Position numbers and translations under genes: made by a program
The notes under the pieces: model-generated
What the model was told of the DNA's origin: nothing
Seen by the model: only the letters and a program-made list of their open reading frames with translations
The model's database searches: none
IMG/VR virus record: IMGVR_UViG_3300049859_000063
Span: 1 to 48,594 of that record
Source: a virus
Taxonomy: Duplodnaviria; Caudoviricetes
Length of the DNA stretch: 48,594 nt
Reading direction: 5' to 3' (one strand)
Shown: positions 9,551 to 18,681 of the stretch, piece by piece
Numbering within the stretch: position 1 is the stretch's first letter
Layout: each line of letters starts with the position of its first letter

Positions 9551-9826
9551 CTATCGTTTCAGTTTGTCCAGCATTTCATTGAGCATGTCGGCAGAGATTG
9601 CAACGCCGCGCTTATCTCTATGTAGATACGCGCCGACAATAGTCCTTGCTTCTCGACGCTCAACGGCATAGCGTACGACTTCGTCTAGGAATTTATCCAT
9701 GCTTTCGAAGTGGTAATTTATCAGCGACGGGTGCGCCTCTGCGGCCTTAGCGTAAACCGCTCGACTTGAACCATACGGCACATACATCGCCGATTTAAGC
9801 ATTCTGTGTTGCATCAAATTCATCAC
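9551..9826 (-). CDS. Hypothetical protein (possible TetR-like HTH)
   Basis: 91 aa, coupled to the VRR-NUC gene; segment VYAKAAEAHPSLINYHF resembles a TetR HTH. Confidence 0.55.
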   Translation of the reverse strand: MMNLMQHRMLKSAMYVPYGSSRAVYAKAAEAHPSLINYHFESMDKFLDEVVRYAVERREARTIVGAYLHRDKRGVAISADMLNEMLDKLKR

Positions 9827-10188
9827 AATTCTCCCGTAGAAAAACAGGCGTACCCGCCCAACTTGTTAATCAGGTTTATCCAAGCGGCTTGTGCTACTTG
9901 GTGTTCATCCCTACTATCATACACCCAGCCCGTTCGCTTTGTCTCGATACTTACGAACTGCCCTATTGTTTTGCCGACCATGTCCGGCGTGATTACCAAG
10001 GGTCTAATGCCGATGAAATCACCGCTCTTCATGACGCTGTTTTGTTGCTTCGACTCGTTGCATAGGCCCCAGCGCACAAAACTCCCGTTTGACAACTTGC
10101 CCGCACCCACGTTATTGCGGAACAACCTCATTCCAAGGGCGGAGGCTTTAATTAATACTCGTTTTGCTACATCACTTTCATTGCTCAT
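9823..10188 (-). CDS. VRR-NUC domain nuclease
   Basis: LFRNNVG, SGDFIG, FVSIETK, Q..W...INKLGGYA (PD-(D/E)xK VRR-NUC signature). Confidence 0.85.
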   Translation of the reverse strand: MSNESDVAKRVLIKASALGMRLFRNNVGAGKLSNGSFVRWGLCNESKQQNSVMKSGDFIGIRPLVITPDMVGKTIGQFVSIETKRTGWVYDSRDEHQVAQAAWINLINKLGGYACFSTGEL

Positions 10189-11776
10189 TGTTTAAAATCC
10201 TATTGGTTAAAATTATCATATCCTTCTTCGGTAAGGTCTGCGCCGTTGCGACATCGATACCGAACGTTAAATAAAACAAGCGCCGGGCGTGGGGTAGATC
10301 GTTCATTCCCGCAGCCCATAGCGCCATGACCGCCTTTAGTTCTGCCAGCGCCGCAAGGTGTTCGCGGTGCCGCTTCATGATAGCTCCGCGAATTTCAGGT
10401 GTCGCGCCCACCGGCACCTTAGGAGCCGCTAACACTTTGTTAATCGCGCCCGTTAGTTTCGCTATTGCTTCGGGGCTCAGCTCGTCAAGCTCACCGTCCG
10501 CCTCGTCGATTTCCTCTTCGAGCGGTTTTTCTTTGACTGGCGCGGGTGGGCGCTCGTAGCCGCAGAACGGGCAAACCGGACCCTCTACGCGCTCATAAAC
10601 AGCGGCACACGCATCGCATCGCCTAACTTTCAGTAGCCCCGGTTCTTTGCGTTTACCGTCGAGACTCCACACCTGCACCGTGGTCGGCAAACCAAGACCG
10701 GACATCACGTTACCAACCAAGTCGATAATCATCGCTATTTTACCTAGTATCGGGTTCAATGGTCGCATTGACTGTTGAATGTGAAGCGCCAACGACTTCG
10801 TAGGCCTTGCCAGTATGACGGCTTCAAGGTCGGGTATATCGACACCCTCGCCGTATAGATCGACGTTACATATAACTTTTATTTGTCGGTTTTGATGAAG
10901 CTGTTGGATGCGAATCTGTTCGAGTATCGGCGTTTCCCCGCAGAGCATCGCTGCACTGATGCCAGCTTGGGCGAATTTATCCCGTTGCAGCATCGCTGCA
11001 TTCACATCAACACAGAACACGACTGCTTTGGCGTTCGGACAGTATTTTAAGTACGCATCGACCACGTCGGCGGCAATCGTTGATTTCCGAGCAGCATCGG
11101 ATAGCGGTACCGGCGAGAAGTCGCCACCAGCAGCCACCGGCAAGTTAGACGTGTCAATGCTGATTTTCGGTAGAACAACGCGGAACGGCGCGAGGAAACC
11201 GCCTGCTGACAGTTGTAGCGCGTTTGGTCCTTCGATTAGTTTGTCGATGACGCCGCCGCGCCCACGCCCTAAGCCTTTGTTATCTGCCCGTTTTGGTGTG
11301 GCTGTGATCGCTAAGCCTTTGGCGTTGGTGAACTTGGCGATAACTTTTCCCCACTGGTTATCTTCGGTCAGATGGTGGCCCTCATCAACTAACCATAGGC
11401 TTACATCGTCGAACCAATGTTCGTCCATTTTAACGATAGTGCCAACGCTAGCAACAACAACAGTGGCGTCTTCGTCAACATATGACCGACCGAACTCGTT
11501 TAGTTGGGACTTTATAATGTCCCGGCGCATTGCAGCGTTGCCAATGATACGGTGTGCAATGCCGTTGCGTGCCAATGTCCTAGCCATCTGTGCCACTAAC
11601 GTGCTCCTGTGAGCAATTGCGACTGTCATTCCGCGTGTGTTATTGCGTATAATAGTCGATGCTATTACCGTTTTCCCGCCTCTGCAAGGCAAGACATACA
11701 TCACATTGTAATGACCGTCTCGCCACGCTTGTTCTACGTCGGCAACCGCCTTTTTTTGATATTCTCGTAATTCCAT
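10178..11776 (-). CDS. Superfamily 2 DEAD/DEAH-like helicase with C-terminal Zn finger
   Basis: Q motif LREYQ, PCRGGKT, VDEGHH, TAT, EGVDIP, ARPTKS, QQSMR, then CDAC...CPFC. Confidence 0.92.
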   Translation of the reverse strand: MELREYQKKAVADVEQAWRDGHYNVMYVLPCRGGKTVIASTIIRNNTRGMTVAIAHRSTLVAQMARTLARNGIAHRIIGNAAMRRDIIKSQLNEFGRSYVDEDATVVVASVGTIVKMDEHWFDDVSLWLVDEGHHLTEDNQWGKVIAKFTNAKGLAITATPKRADNKGLGRGRGGVIDKLIEGPNALQLSAGGFLAPFRVVLPKISIDTSNLPVAAGGDFSPVPLSDAARKSTIAADVVDAYLKYCPNAKAVVFCVDVNAAMLQRDKFAQAGISAAMLCGETPILEQIRIQQLHQNRQIKVICNVDLYGEGVDIPDLEAVILARPTKSLALHIQQSMRPLNPILGKIAMIIDLVGNVMSGLGLPTTVQVWSLDGKRKEPGLLKVRRCDACAAVYERVEGPVCPFCGYERPPAPVKEKPLEEEIDEADGELDELSPEAIAKLTGAINKVLAAPKVPVGATPEIRGAIMKRHREHLAALAELKAVMALWAAGMNDLPHARRLFYLTFGIDVATAQTLPKKDMIILTNRILNNEQ

Positions 11777-11799
11777 AAAAACCCCTTAAATGTTATCAG

Positions 11800-11833
11800 T
11801 TGACATCATATGATCTATCATCTATTATGTCAA
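11800..11833. promoter_or_regulatory. Overlapping opposed sigma70 promoters (bidirectional element)
   Basis: Plus: TTGACA 11800-11805, 17 bp, TATTAT 11823-11828. Minus: TTGACA 11833-11828, 17 bp, TATGAT 11810-11805. Confidence 0.7.
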
Positions 11834-11872
11834 GCAATCCGCTACACGCAAGAACTGGCGTGAAAATAAAGT

Positions 11873-11925
11873 TTGACAAATGCGACAAATGCGATTACAC
11901 TTTAACCGTACTTTAACAACAACCA
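11873..11925 (+). promoter_or_regulatory. Early promoter (family member) driving the recombination/replication arm
   Basis: TTGACA 11873-11878, 17 bp, TACACT 11896-11901, then the conserved TTAACCGTACTTTAA leader shared with promoters at 19229, 21119 and 24524. Confidence 0.75.
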
Positions 11926-11945
11926 ACCAACAAGAGAGAACTAAC

Positions 11946-12713
11946 ATGACCACTACTATTGGAATAACAATTAACGACATTGATGGCTTAACTGATTCAC
12001 AACGTGCCAGAATAACCGCGTTTATCGCAAAAGCACAACCAGTTGAACACCAGCATCCGATGACACCTGAGGTAACCGATGACCACGAGACAATTGATGA
12101 GTTTAGGTTAAATTGGGATGCTCGTATCCACACTGCGAATAAATCCACTGACTCGCAAGGCCATTTTAAGTTGAAAAGACCGCATGATTATGCGCTGATC
12201 GAAGTTGTAACGGCTGAACAGAAAGCTATTGCTGCATTACCTGTACCTGAGACTCCGGTTGTCACAGAGTCGGGTTTGATGGATGGGCCTTTTATACCGA
12301 CACCGCCTAGTAGCCCTGTCACGGTCACTGTGCCAAGCAACGTGATTCCGTTACCTGCGGCACCTGTACCGCCAACGATCCAACCGCCAACGATCCAACC
12401 GCCTTCACTTGCGCCAGAGCCGGTCAAGCAAATGACTGATAAAGCAACGGCAACCTACGAGAACTATAGCAACGCTGGTTGGACAGATGCGCAGTTGATC
12501 GCTGAGGGGTTGATGACTATTGTGGAAGCAACTGCCCCCGCTATGACATTCGCGGAGTTGGCGACCATCCTAACATCGGCAATAACTGACGGCGTTATAA
12601 CAAACGCTAAGCTAAATGAAGTCGTAGTTGCGGCAGGTTTTCCCAACGGTCTGTCTGATTTAAGATTACGTATGGACTATGCACCAACGTTACTTGCTAA
12701 ATTAGGACTGTGA
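11946..12713 (+). CDS. Pro-rich hypothetical early protein
   Basis: Start ATG 11946 after AAGAGAG. Contains LNWDARIHT, a Pro-rich linker, and one KQMT..ATYE.Y..AGWTD.QLIAEGLM module also found in the SSB. Confidence 0.75.
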   Translation: MTTTIGITINDIDGLTDSQRARITAFIAKAQPVEHQHPMTPEVTDDHETIDEFRLNWDARIHTANKSTDSQGHFKLKRPHDYALIEVVTAEQKAIAALPVPETPVVTESGLMDGPFIPTPPSSPVTVTVPSNVIPLPAAPVPPTIQPPTIQPPSLAPEPVKQMTDKATATYENYSNAGWTDAQLIAEGLMTIVEATAPAMTFAELATILTSAITDGVITNAKLNEVVVAAGFPNGLSDLRLRMDYAPTLLAKLGL

Positions 12714-13789
12714 TTATGAACACAACACGTTTACCGGCATCAGCGGCGGATAGATGGGTGAATTGCCCAATGTCAGCCAATGTGCTACCGGTTGTACCAC
12801 AAGAAGACAATGAAGCGGCGCGGGAAGGTAGGCAAGCGCATAAATGGGCTGCAAACCTTCTGACTGATCCTGATTACCCTAGACCTGATTATGCCACTGA
12901 TGAAATGGAGTGGATGGTAAGGGTGTACGTTGATGCTGTAACGGGTGTCGCCGGAGTGCTGAATATTGTCGTAGAAGGTGAGTATATAGCGACGTACGTC
13001 AACAAGCTCAACAAATGTGTGATTGATGCGTATGTGTGGGATCGTGCCAATAACACGCTACATGTTTTTGAGTTCAAAACTGGTAGAACTACGGTTGATC
13101 CTGAATCAAGCTGGCAGTTGTGTGATTATGTCGTGGCACTTTCCAGTAATATCAACGTTAACGACGACACCAAGTATATACCGTATGTAGTTCAGCCTCG
13201 CAGCCTAGACGGTATTGGAATAAAAGCTAGGATATGGCACAAATCGAACTTGATTGAAATGACGGAAACGTTACGTGATGCAGCGGCTAGAGCAATCAGT
13301 GAACCTGATGTAGCGTGTACCGGCACCCATTGCCAGTATTGCCCGCTTACTGCTCAATGTGAAACGTTAGGCAAAGAAGTAGATGAGTTCAATCCTGTGT
13401 TGATCGCATGTCACAACCTCGACGACACGGCGTTGTCGGCAACGATCACGGATATTAGGCGCAAAGCAAAGCTGCTTCAAGCTAGGCTTGATGGGCTTGA
13501 GTTAGATGCTGTACATCGCATAACTCACGGTAGGCAACTGCCCGACTACACATTAGCGCCGTCGATGTCTCGCAAAAAATGGACAGTTCCCGATGACACT
13601 GTGATAGCGTTCGGCAGTCTGTTCGGGTTGGACTTAGCTAAGCCCGTTGCGACTGTAACACCGACTCAAGCATTCCAGGTTGCTAAGAGTCATAACGTAG
13701 ATCCTGAAATACTTTCGACTTACATCGAGAGTGTTGCAGGTGCATTGAAATTAACTTACAAACCTATAACCACAAAGAAGGACAAATAA
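12710..13789 (+). CDS. Cas4-like PD-(D/E)xK exonuclease (DUF2800-like)
   Basis: ASAADRWVNCP, AAREGRQAH, IDA..., VFEFKTG, QL..Y, GTHCQYCP...C. Confidence 0.82.
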   Translation: MIMNTTRLPASAADRWVNCPMSANVLPVVPQEDNEAAREGRQAHKWAANLLTDPDYPRPDYATDEMEWMVRVYVDAVTGVAGVLNIVVEGEYIATYVNKLNKCVIDAYVWDRANNTLHVFEFKTGRTTVDPESSWQLCDYVVALSSNINVNDDTKYIPYVVQPRSLDGIGIKARIWHKSNLIEMTETLRDAAARAISEPDVACTGTHCQYCPLTAQCETLGKEVDEFNPVLIACHNLDDTALSATITDIRRKAKLLQARLDGLELDAVHRITHGRQLPDYTLAPSMSRKKWTVPDDTVIAFGSLFGLDLAKPVATVTPTQAFQVAKSHNVDPEILSTYIESVAGALKLTYKPITTKKDK

Positions 13790-13790
13790 T

Positions 13791-15047
13791 ATGGCACTTG
13801 AAGACGACAGCACAATTTTACTACCCATCGCCCGCTATATAGGCGGCAATATCGGCGAATCGCGTGGTGTGGTCAATGATGACGGCACACCAAAGTTAGA
13901 CGCTGACGGAAACAAAGTAACTGAATTTAATTTTGCTATTGGCATACCCAAGACTACTGCTGATTGGAAACAGACAGACTGGGGTGCGAAAATCTACGCG
14001 GTGGGCAAGGCAGGCCATCCGCTATATGCTGACGGTCCTACTTTCGCTTGGAAAATCATTGACGGTGATAGTCAAATACCGAACAGTGTTGGCAAACGCC
14101 CGTGCGACAATATCGGCCACCCCGGCCACTGGGTAATGTGGTTATCGTCTCGATGGGCAATTCGTACCGTCAGTGCTGACGGCAGCGAAGAGATACTTGA
14201 CAAATCTGTTATAAAGCACGGTTACTACCTTGAAGGCGTTATTAGTGTCGCTCCTAATAAAAAATCAGCGAACGGGAAACTTAAGCCGGGTGTTTATTTG
14301 AATCCGTTGGTATTTGCACTTGCTGGATTTGGACAAGTGCTTAATATTGGAACACAGATTGATGCAACAAAAGTTGGGTTGGGTCGTGCGGCGCTACCGC
14401 CGGGCGCGTCTGCCCAACCTGTTTCATCACTGAACGTACCGGCACCGAAACAAATGACATCATTGGCCCTAGACACCTACGAAGCGTATCGAGATGCTGG
14501 TTATACCGATAAAATGTTGATTGATAATGGCTTAATGGTTCCGCCTGCGCCAGCGGCTTCGGCAATAGCGCCTCCTCCTGTTGCTCAGGCAATAGCACCG
14601 CTTCCCTTGATGCCGCCTGTGTTTATTCCGCCAGTTGGGATAGTTTCATCACAGAACGCACCGCCACCGAAACAAATGACATCATTGGCACGAGGGGATT
14701 ATGAAACATATCGAGCCCTCGGTTACAGTGATAAAATGTTGATTGATAGTGGGTTGATGGTCGCACCTGAGCCCGTGGCTCCTGTAGCGATAGCGCCGCC
14801 TCCTGTAGCGATAGCGCCGCCTCCTGTAGCGATAGCGCCGCCTGCGTTGGTTCCACCTGCGTTGATGCCGACAGTTGGGGCGGTTATTCCGCCTCCGGCG
14901 GCTGCGCTTAAACAAATGACATCATTGGCACAAGGGACTTACGAAGCGTACTGTAACCTTGGTTACACGGACGAAATGTTAATTGCCAATGGGTTGATGG
15001 TTCCGCCCAACGTTGCGTTTACGCAGATACCGGGGGTGCAGCAATGA
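13791..15047 (+). CDS. Single-stranded DNA-binding protein (DUF2815-like) with Pro-rich repeat C-terminus
   Basis: FAWKIIDGDS, GHWVMWLSS, PGVYLNP; located after the exonuclease; three KQMTSLA...YR..GY(T/S)D.MLI..GLMV modules. Confidence 0.75.
   Translation: MALEDDSTILLPIARYIGGNIGESRGVVNDDGTPKLDADGNKVTEFNFAIGIPKTTADWKQTDWGAKIYAVGKAGHPLYADGPTFAWKIIDGDSQIPNSVGKRPCDNIGHPGHWVMWLSSRWAIRTVSADGSEEILDKSVIKHGYYLEGVISVAPNKKSANGKLKPGVYLNPLVFALAGFGQVLNIGTQIDATKVGLGRAALPPGASAQPVSSLNVPAPKQMTSLALDTYEAYRDAGYTDKMLIDNGLMVPPAPAASAIAPPPVAQAIAPLPLMPPVFIPPVGIVSSQNAPPPKQMTSLARGDYETYRALGYSDKMLIDSGLMVAPEPVAPVAIAPPPVAIAPPPVAIAPPALVPPALMPTVGAVIPPPAAALKQMTSLAQGTYEAYCNLGYTDEMLIANGLMVPPNVAFTQIPGVQQ
14779..14841 (+). repeat. 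21-bp tandem repeat x3 (PVAIAPP)
   Basis: CTCCTGTAGCGATAGCGCCGC occurs three times within the SSB gene. Confidence 0.9.
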
Positions 15048-15259
15048 GGGTTGGTAAACTGAAAGCATTGATCGCCAATCTTGATGACGATATGCCGATA
15101 CTGGTGCCGTGTGATGACCACGAGTATTGTGAAGCCGGTTGCGAGATCAGCACGGCGCTAAACTTCAAGGGCAGGCGTTATAACGAAGATCACGGAGACG
15201 AGGTTACGCCCTCTGAATTTTGGGGCGAACGTGTTCAAGTTTTGATCGTAAGCCCATAG
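15044..15259 (+). CDS. Hypothetical protein
   Basis: 71 aa, ATGA overlap with SSB; the MRVGKLKALIANLDDDMPILV start is typical of small phage proteins. Confidence 0.7.
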   Translation: MRVGKLKALIANLDDDMPILVPCDDHEYCEAGCEISTALNFKGRRYNEDHGDEVTPSEFWGERVQVLIVSP

Positions 15260-15267
15260 CACTACAT

Positions 15268-15293
15268 GCGACCGTCGTGGTTGCGACGGTCGC
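15268..15293. other. Perfect 10-bp GC-rich hairpin without a U tract
   Basis: GCGACCGTCG-TGGTTG-CGACGGTCGC, directly before the RBS of the secreted-protein cluster. Confidence 0.75.
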
Positions 15294-15312
15294 CCACACT
15301 TCAGGTGATAAT

Positions 15313-16134
15313 ATGAAAAAGATAATTTTAGCTCTTTGCATTCTAATAATATCAACATCTTCCCATGCATACGACATGCGCGGGTATTTCCCTACTACAC
15401 AACGGGTAAATCAATATGTCGATAATGCTGGAAACTACAAACAGACTTACGTGTTTACGCCAAACAGTGTGGGGTATGTTCCACTATATAACGCATATTT
15501 GACTATAAACAAACCAGGGCAGGTTTATACTTGGCAGAAGACTTATTTAATAAACGGTGCTAACTGTACAAAAACAGTAGCCGTATTGCTCTTCGGCGAC
15601 GACCAAACGATTACAGAAGTCGGTGACTGGTATTCAAGTCAATCGAGCGGCGGATGTACGCCGGATTCTGTCTCAGGCTACCGCAATGCCAGCACGGGAC
15701 AGCCGACAGGGTTATTGTGGAGCGGTGGCATTGCCGAGATGCAAGTTATTAGCCAAGATTCGCCGGGAGCCGCATACAACTATAAGAACTGGAGTGCGTT
15801 CAGCAAAACCGGCATCATCGAACATCTTGACACGATGCTTGTGAATGGTCACACTTATTCGGATGTGGTTCACATTATCATGTATCACGGCACCAGAGCG
15901 CCGACCCCTAAACAAGTGCGTTGCGTTGGCCCAATTGCGGCTAATGGTGGTTATTATCAGTCATACAAGGATTATAATAGTTATGCGATGGAATTATGGC
16001 TGGCAAAGGGTATTGGTACAATCAAAGAAGATACTCCGTTTATTGAAGACGCAAGTTACTGGGGCTGGAATAACTGCGTAGGAAATTATCTGACTGGCGA
16101 TAAATCGTTAGAGAGATATTTAATATGGCAATAA
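15313..16134 (+). CDS. Secreted hypothetical protein
   Basis: Signal peptide MKKIILALCILIISTSSHA; Tyr/Trp-rich; contains MELWLAKGIG. Confidence 0.8.
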   Translation: MKKIILALCILIISTSSHAYDMRGYFPTTQRVNQYVDNAGNYKQTYVFTPNSVGYVPLYNAYLTINKPGQVYTWQKTYLINGANCTKTVAVLLFGDDQTITEVGDWYSSQSSGGCTPDSVSGYRNASTGQPTGLLWSGGIAEMQVISQDSPGAAYNYKNWSAFSKTGIIEHLDTMLVNGHTYSDVVHIIMYHGTRAPTPKQVRCVGPIAANGGYYQSYKDYNSYAMELWLAKGIGTIKEDTPFIEDASYWGWNNCVGNYLTGDKSLERYLIWQ

Positions 16135-16219
16135 TGTTTAATCCAATAGGAGGTATTCATGAGTTAGTTAATTTAGCAGTAGGGTATTTAATTTTAATTT
16201 TAATCTGTTCGAGGGTTTT

Positions 16220-16927
16220 ATGAAAAAAATTGCTTTATGTTTAATTTTGATGTGTGTCGCCGCTGGCGTTCATGCTACACCGGGTACGCTATTGTTTATT
16301 GGTGCTCAAAACTCCGGTAAAACGATGGCGGATCGATACAATCCTAGCCCTTGGGCTGTTAATGGTGGCACCTATGTGACTTTGGTCGATGCATTCTTGA
16401 GACAGTATCAAGGTAACCCACCTTTCACGATTAATAGGGCCGTAGCATGGTCTAGTTCTTATACTTACGATTTCCAAATGAGCGGCGCTACATTCCATTC
16501 ATTAGGTTATTGGGATCAATATATGATGGGCGCGTATGGCGCGTTAAACGGACCTAGCCGAGCAGCGCCTTGGCCTACGTCCAATCTTAAATCCGTTATA
16601 ATCGATATTACAAACGATTGTTTTAGAAATACTTGTACCGGTCAGCAACAACAAGCTGTATTTGATGCGGTGCAGGCGGTTATCAATGGCGAGTCGCCAT
16701 ATGGTCGAAAGACAGTTGTGATTAATTATCCATACAGCGGCGTGTCGGGGCAAAACACCACATTCACTAATGCGTTTAATACTCACGTTTGGACTGGTAA
16801 TTATTGCGTGGCTGATATTTATCAGAATGTTACAACTGATTCATCTGGAGTAGTTTTTACAACAGCTTCGATGAATACCGCCGCAGCTCGTTTAAAAAAT
16901 ACCTTAACTTCATACGGATTAAATTAA
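16220..16927 (+). CDS. Secreted SGNH/GDSL-like protein, apparently degenerate
   Basis: Signal peptide. Block I-like LLFIGAQNS, block III-like VIIDITND, VVINYP; no DxxH motif. Paralog of the next gene. Confidence 0.6.
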   Translation: MKKIALCLILMCVAAGVHATPGTLLFIGAQNSGKTMADRYNPSPWAVNGGTYVTLVDAFLRQYQGNPPFTINRAVAWSSSYTYDFQMSGATFHSLGYWDQYMMGAYGALNGPSRAAPWPTSNLKSVIIDITNDCFRNTCTGQQQQAVFDAVQAVINGESPYGRKTVVINYPYSGVSGQNTTFTNAFNTHVWTGNYCVADIYQNVTTDSSGVVFTTASMNTAAARLKNTLTSYGLN

Positions 16928-16928
16928 T

Positions 16929-17657
16929 ATGAAAAATGTTATTTACTTATTTATTGCTTTATTTATCTTCAGCGTATCTCCGGCTAATGCGGCGGGTACT
17001 ATAGGTATTATTGGCGCGTCAGCAGATAACGGTTGTGAAGCTGAAGCTCCCACGATGTATTGCTTGTACGGCGGCATGTATCTAAGTTTAAGTCAAGCCC
17101 TGACGGCAAATTCGAATTATAATATTTTGACCGCAGCTAATGCAGGCGACTTTATCACAAAAGACGCGCCAAGTGATGTTGGACGTGGGCAAGGCTTAGG
17201 TTTCGAATCCCAATGGTGGAAGATTTGGACTGAAAGTATGGGTTCAGATTACACAACCACATCGCTCAGAGCGTTGGTGATAGATGTTAGTAAAGAATGT
17301 TCAATGCCGTCTTTAGGGTATATCTGTGACCAAACGGCCTTGAATAATATAAATGTCACAATTAATAGAATCATTGGTTATGTTAATACTTATATTCGCA
17401 ATGCTTCTGGCAATAACCGCAACCCAAACTTTAAAGTTTTTGTTTTCGGCTATCCGACATACCAATACTTTGCAAATTCACAAGTTAATTGGTACAACAG
17501 CGATTGGTCAGCAAATGCCGCGTCAAGGGGTGCCATGTACTTTGCGCCGTGGGCAAACGCTACTCCAGGCACTGATTTAATTCATCCTACTTACAGTAGT
17601 ATGTTAAATTCGGCTCTACTAGTTAAGAGTTACCTTGATACGTATGTAACTCTTTAA
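16929..17657 (+). CDS. Secreted SGNH/GDSL-like hydrolase
   Basis: Signal peptide ending ANA. IGIIGAS (block I), TAANAG (block II), VFVFGYP, C-terminal DLIHP (DxxH). Confidence 0.68.
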   Translation: MKNVIYLFIALFIFSVSPANAAGTIGIIGASADNGCEAEAPTMYCLYGGMYLSLSQALTANSNYNILTAANAGDFITKDAPSDVGRGQGLGFESQWWKIWTESMGSDYTTTSLRALVIDVSKECSMPSLGYICDQTALNNINVTINRIIGYVNTYIRNASGNNRNPNFKVFVFGYPTYQYFANSQVNWYNSDWSANAASRGAMYFAPWANATPGTDLIHPTYSSMLNSALLVKSYLDTYVTL

Positions 17658-17707
17658 CTGACATCAACCCAGGCCAAGGACGGCCTTACTCACAGGAGAT
17701 ACTCAAA

Positions 17708-18265
17708 ATGTTATTAAGCAGAGATTACTTATTAGATTTGATAAACAACGGTGTTATTACGGCTGATCCGGCTAATGTTAATGGCACTAGTATCGATATT
17801 ACGCTAGACCGAGTTATTAAAATAGAGTCTAAAGCCAAAGCCCCTGCTGGATGGTGCCGTGGTCCAATCGATTTAGCCGCTAAAGAATCTATAAATATGA
17901 CATCAGTGGAAATACCCGATAAAGGGTATGAACTGTTGCCCGGACAATTTATTCTAGCAAGTTCGGTTGAAGTGTTTAATTTACCTGAGACTATAAGCGC
18001 TGAGTACAAGCTGAAGAGCACTATGGCACGCAATGGCTTGGAACACCTCAATGCCGGATGGTGTGACCCTGGTTGGCATGGTTCCAAATTAACACTTGAA
18101 TTTAAAAACACTTGTCAGTTTCATTCTTTGCTGATCAAACCGGGCATGAAATGCGGACAAATGATTTTCTTCAAGCACGTGGCAGTGCCACAAGAACATT
18201 CTTACGCTGTCCGTGGTAAATATAACGGACAGACAGGAGCTACTGAATCAAAGGGGTTAGATTAA
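17708..18265 (+). CDS. dcd: dCTP deaminase
   Basis: SIDITL, LLPGQFILASSVE, LKSTMARNGL, AGWCDPGWHG, LTLE, GMKCGQMIF, GKY.GQ. Confidence 0.92.
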   Translation: MLLSRDYLLDLINNGVITADPANVNGTSIDITLDRVIKIESKAKAPAGWCRGPIDLAAKESINMTSVEIPDKGYELLPGQFILASSVEVFNLPETISAEYKLKSTMARNGLEHLNAGWCDPGWHGSKLTLEFKNTCQFHSLLIKPGMKCGQMIFFKHVAVPQEHSYAVRGKYNGQTGATESKGLD

Positions 18266-18681
18266 TGAGCAGAATAGCAATCCTAATTACCGTGCTGTGT
18301 GCAAGTTGCGCGGGTGCAGACGCATACGCCAGAGAGTACGCTCTTAACCCAGCCGTCACGCAATCTACCATTAACTCAACCATATGTGTGCCAGGATGGT
18401 CGGAAACAATCAGGCCGCCGACATCGTACACGAATCGACTGAAAAAACGACAACTTCCCGCTGGTTTTCCAATGGACGATTACGAAGAAGATCACATTAT
18501 CCCATTGGGGCTTGGCGGACACCCGACTGACCCAAAGAACCTGCAACCTCAATTGTGGTTAGGTAAATGTGGTGCTATTCGCAAAGATGTTGATGAGCGC
18601 CGATTGCATTCGGCAGTGTGCGCCGGTACGACAACACTCGCGGCAGCTCAACAATTCTTTATGCCTTGGGGGTGCAGATAA
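18265..18681 (+). CDS. Exported HNH-motif protein
   Basis: Hydrophobic N-terminal signal; YEEDHIIPLGLGGHPTDPKNL...KD..E (HNH-like fold). Confidence 0.7.
   Translation: MSRIAILITVLCASCAGADAYAREYALNPAVTQSTINSTICVPGWSETIRPPTSYTNRLKKRQLPAGFPMDDYEEDHIIPLGLGGHPTDPKNLQPQLWLGKCGAIRKDVDERRLHSAVCAGTTTLAAAQQFFMPWGCR

Noticed and set aside
10908-11612. Long antisense ORFs such as 10908-11612, 36333-37277 and 45258-45782
   Set aside because: They overlap well-supported genes on the opposite strand and show no motifs or RBS.
12710-13789. Cas4-like nuclease as evidence of CRISPR-Cas
   Set aside because: No other cas genes or array; this family routinely sits beside SSB and polymerase in phage replication modules.
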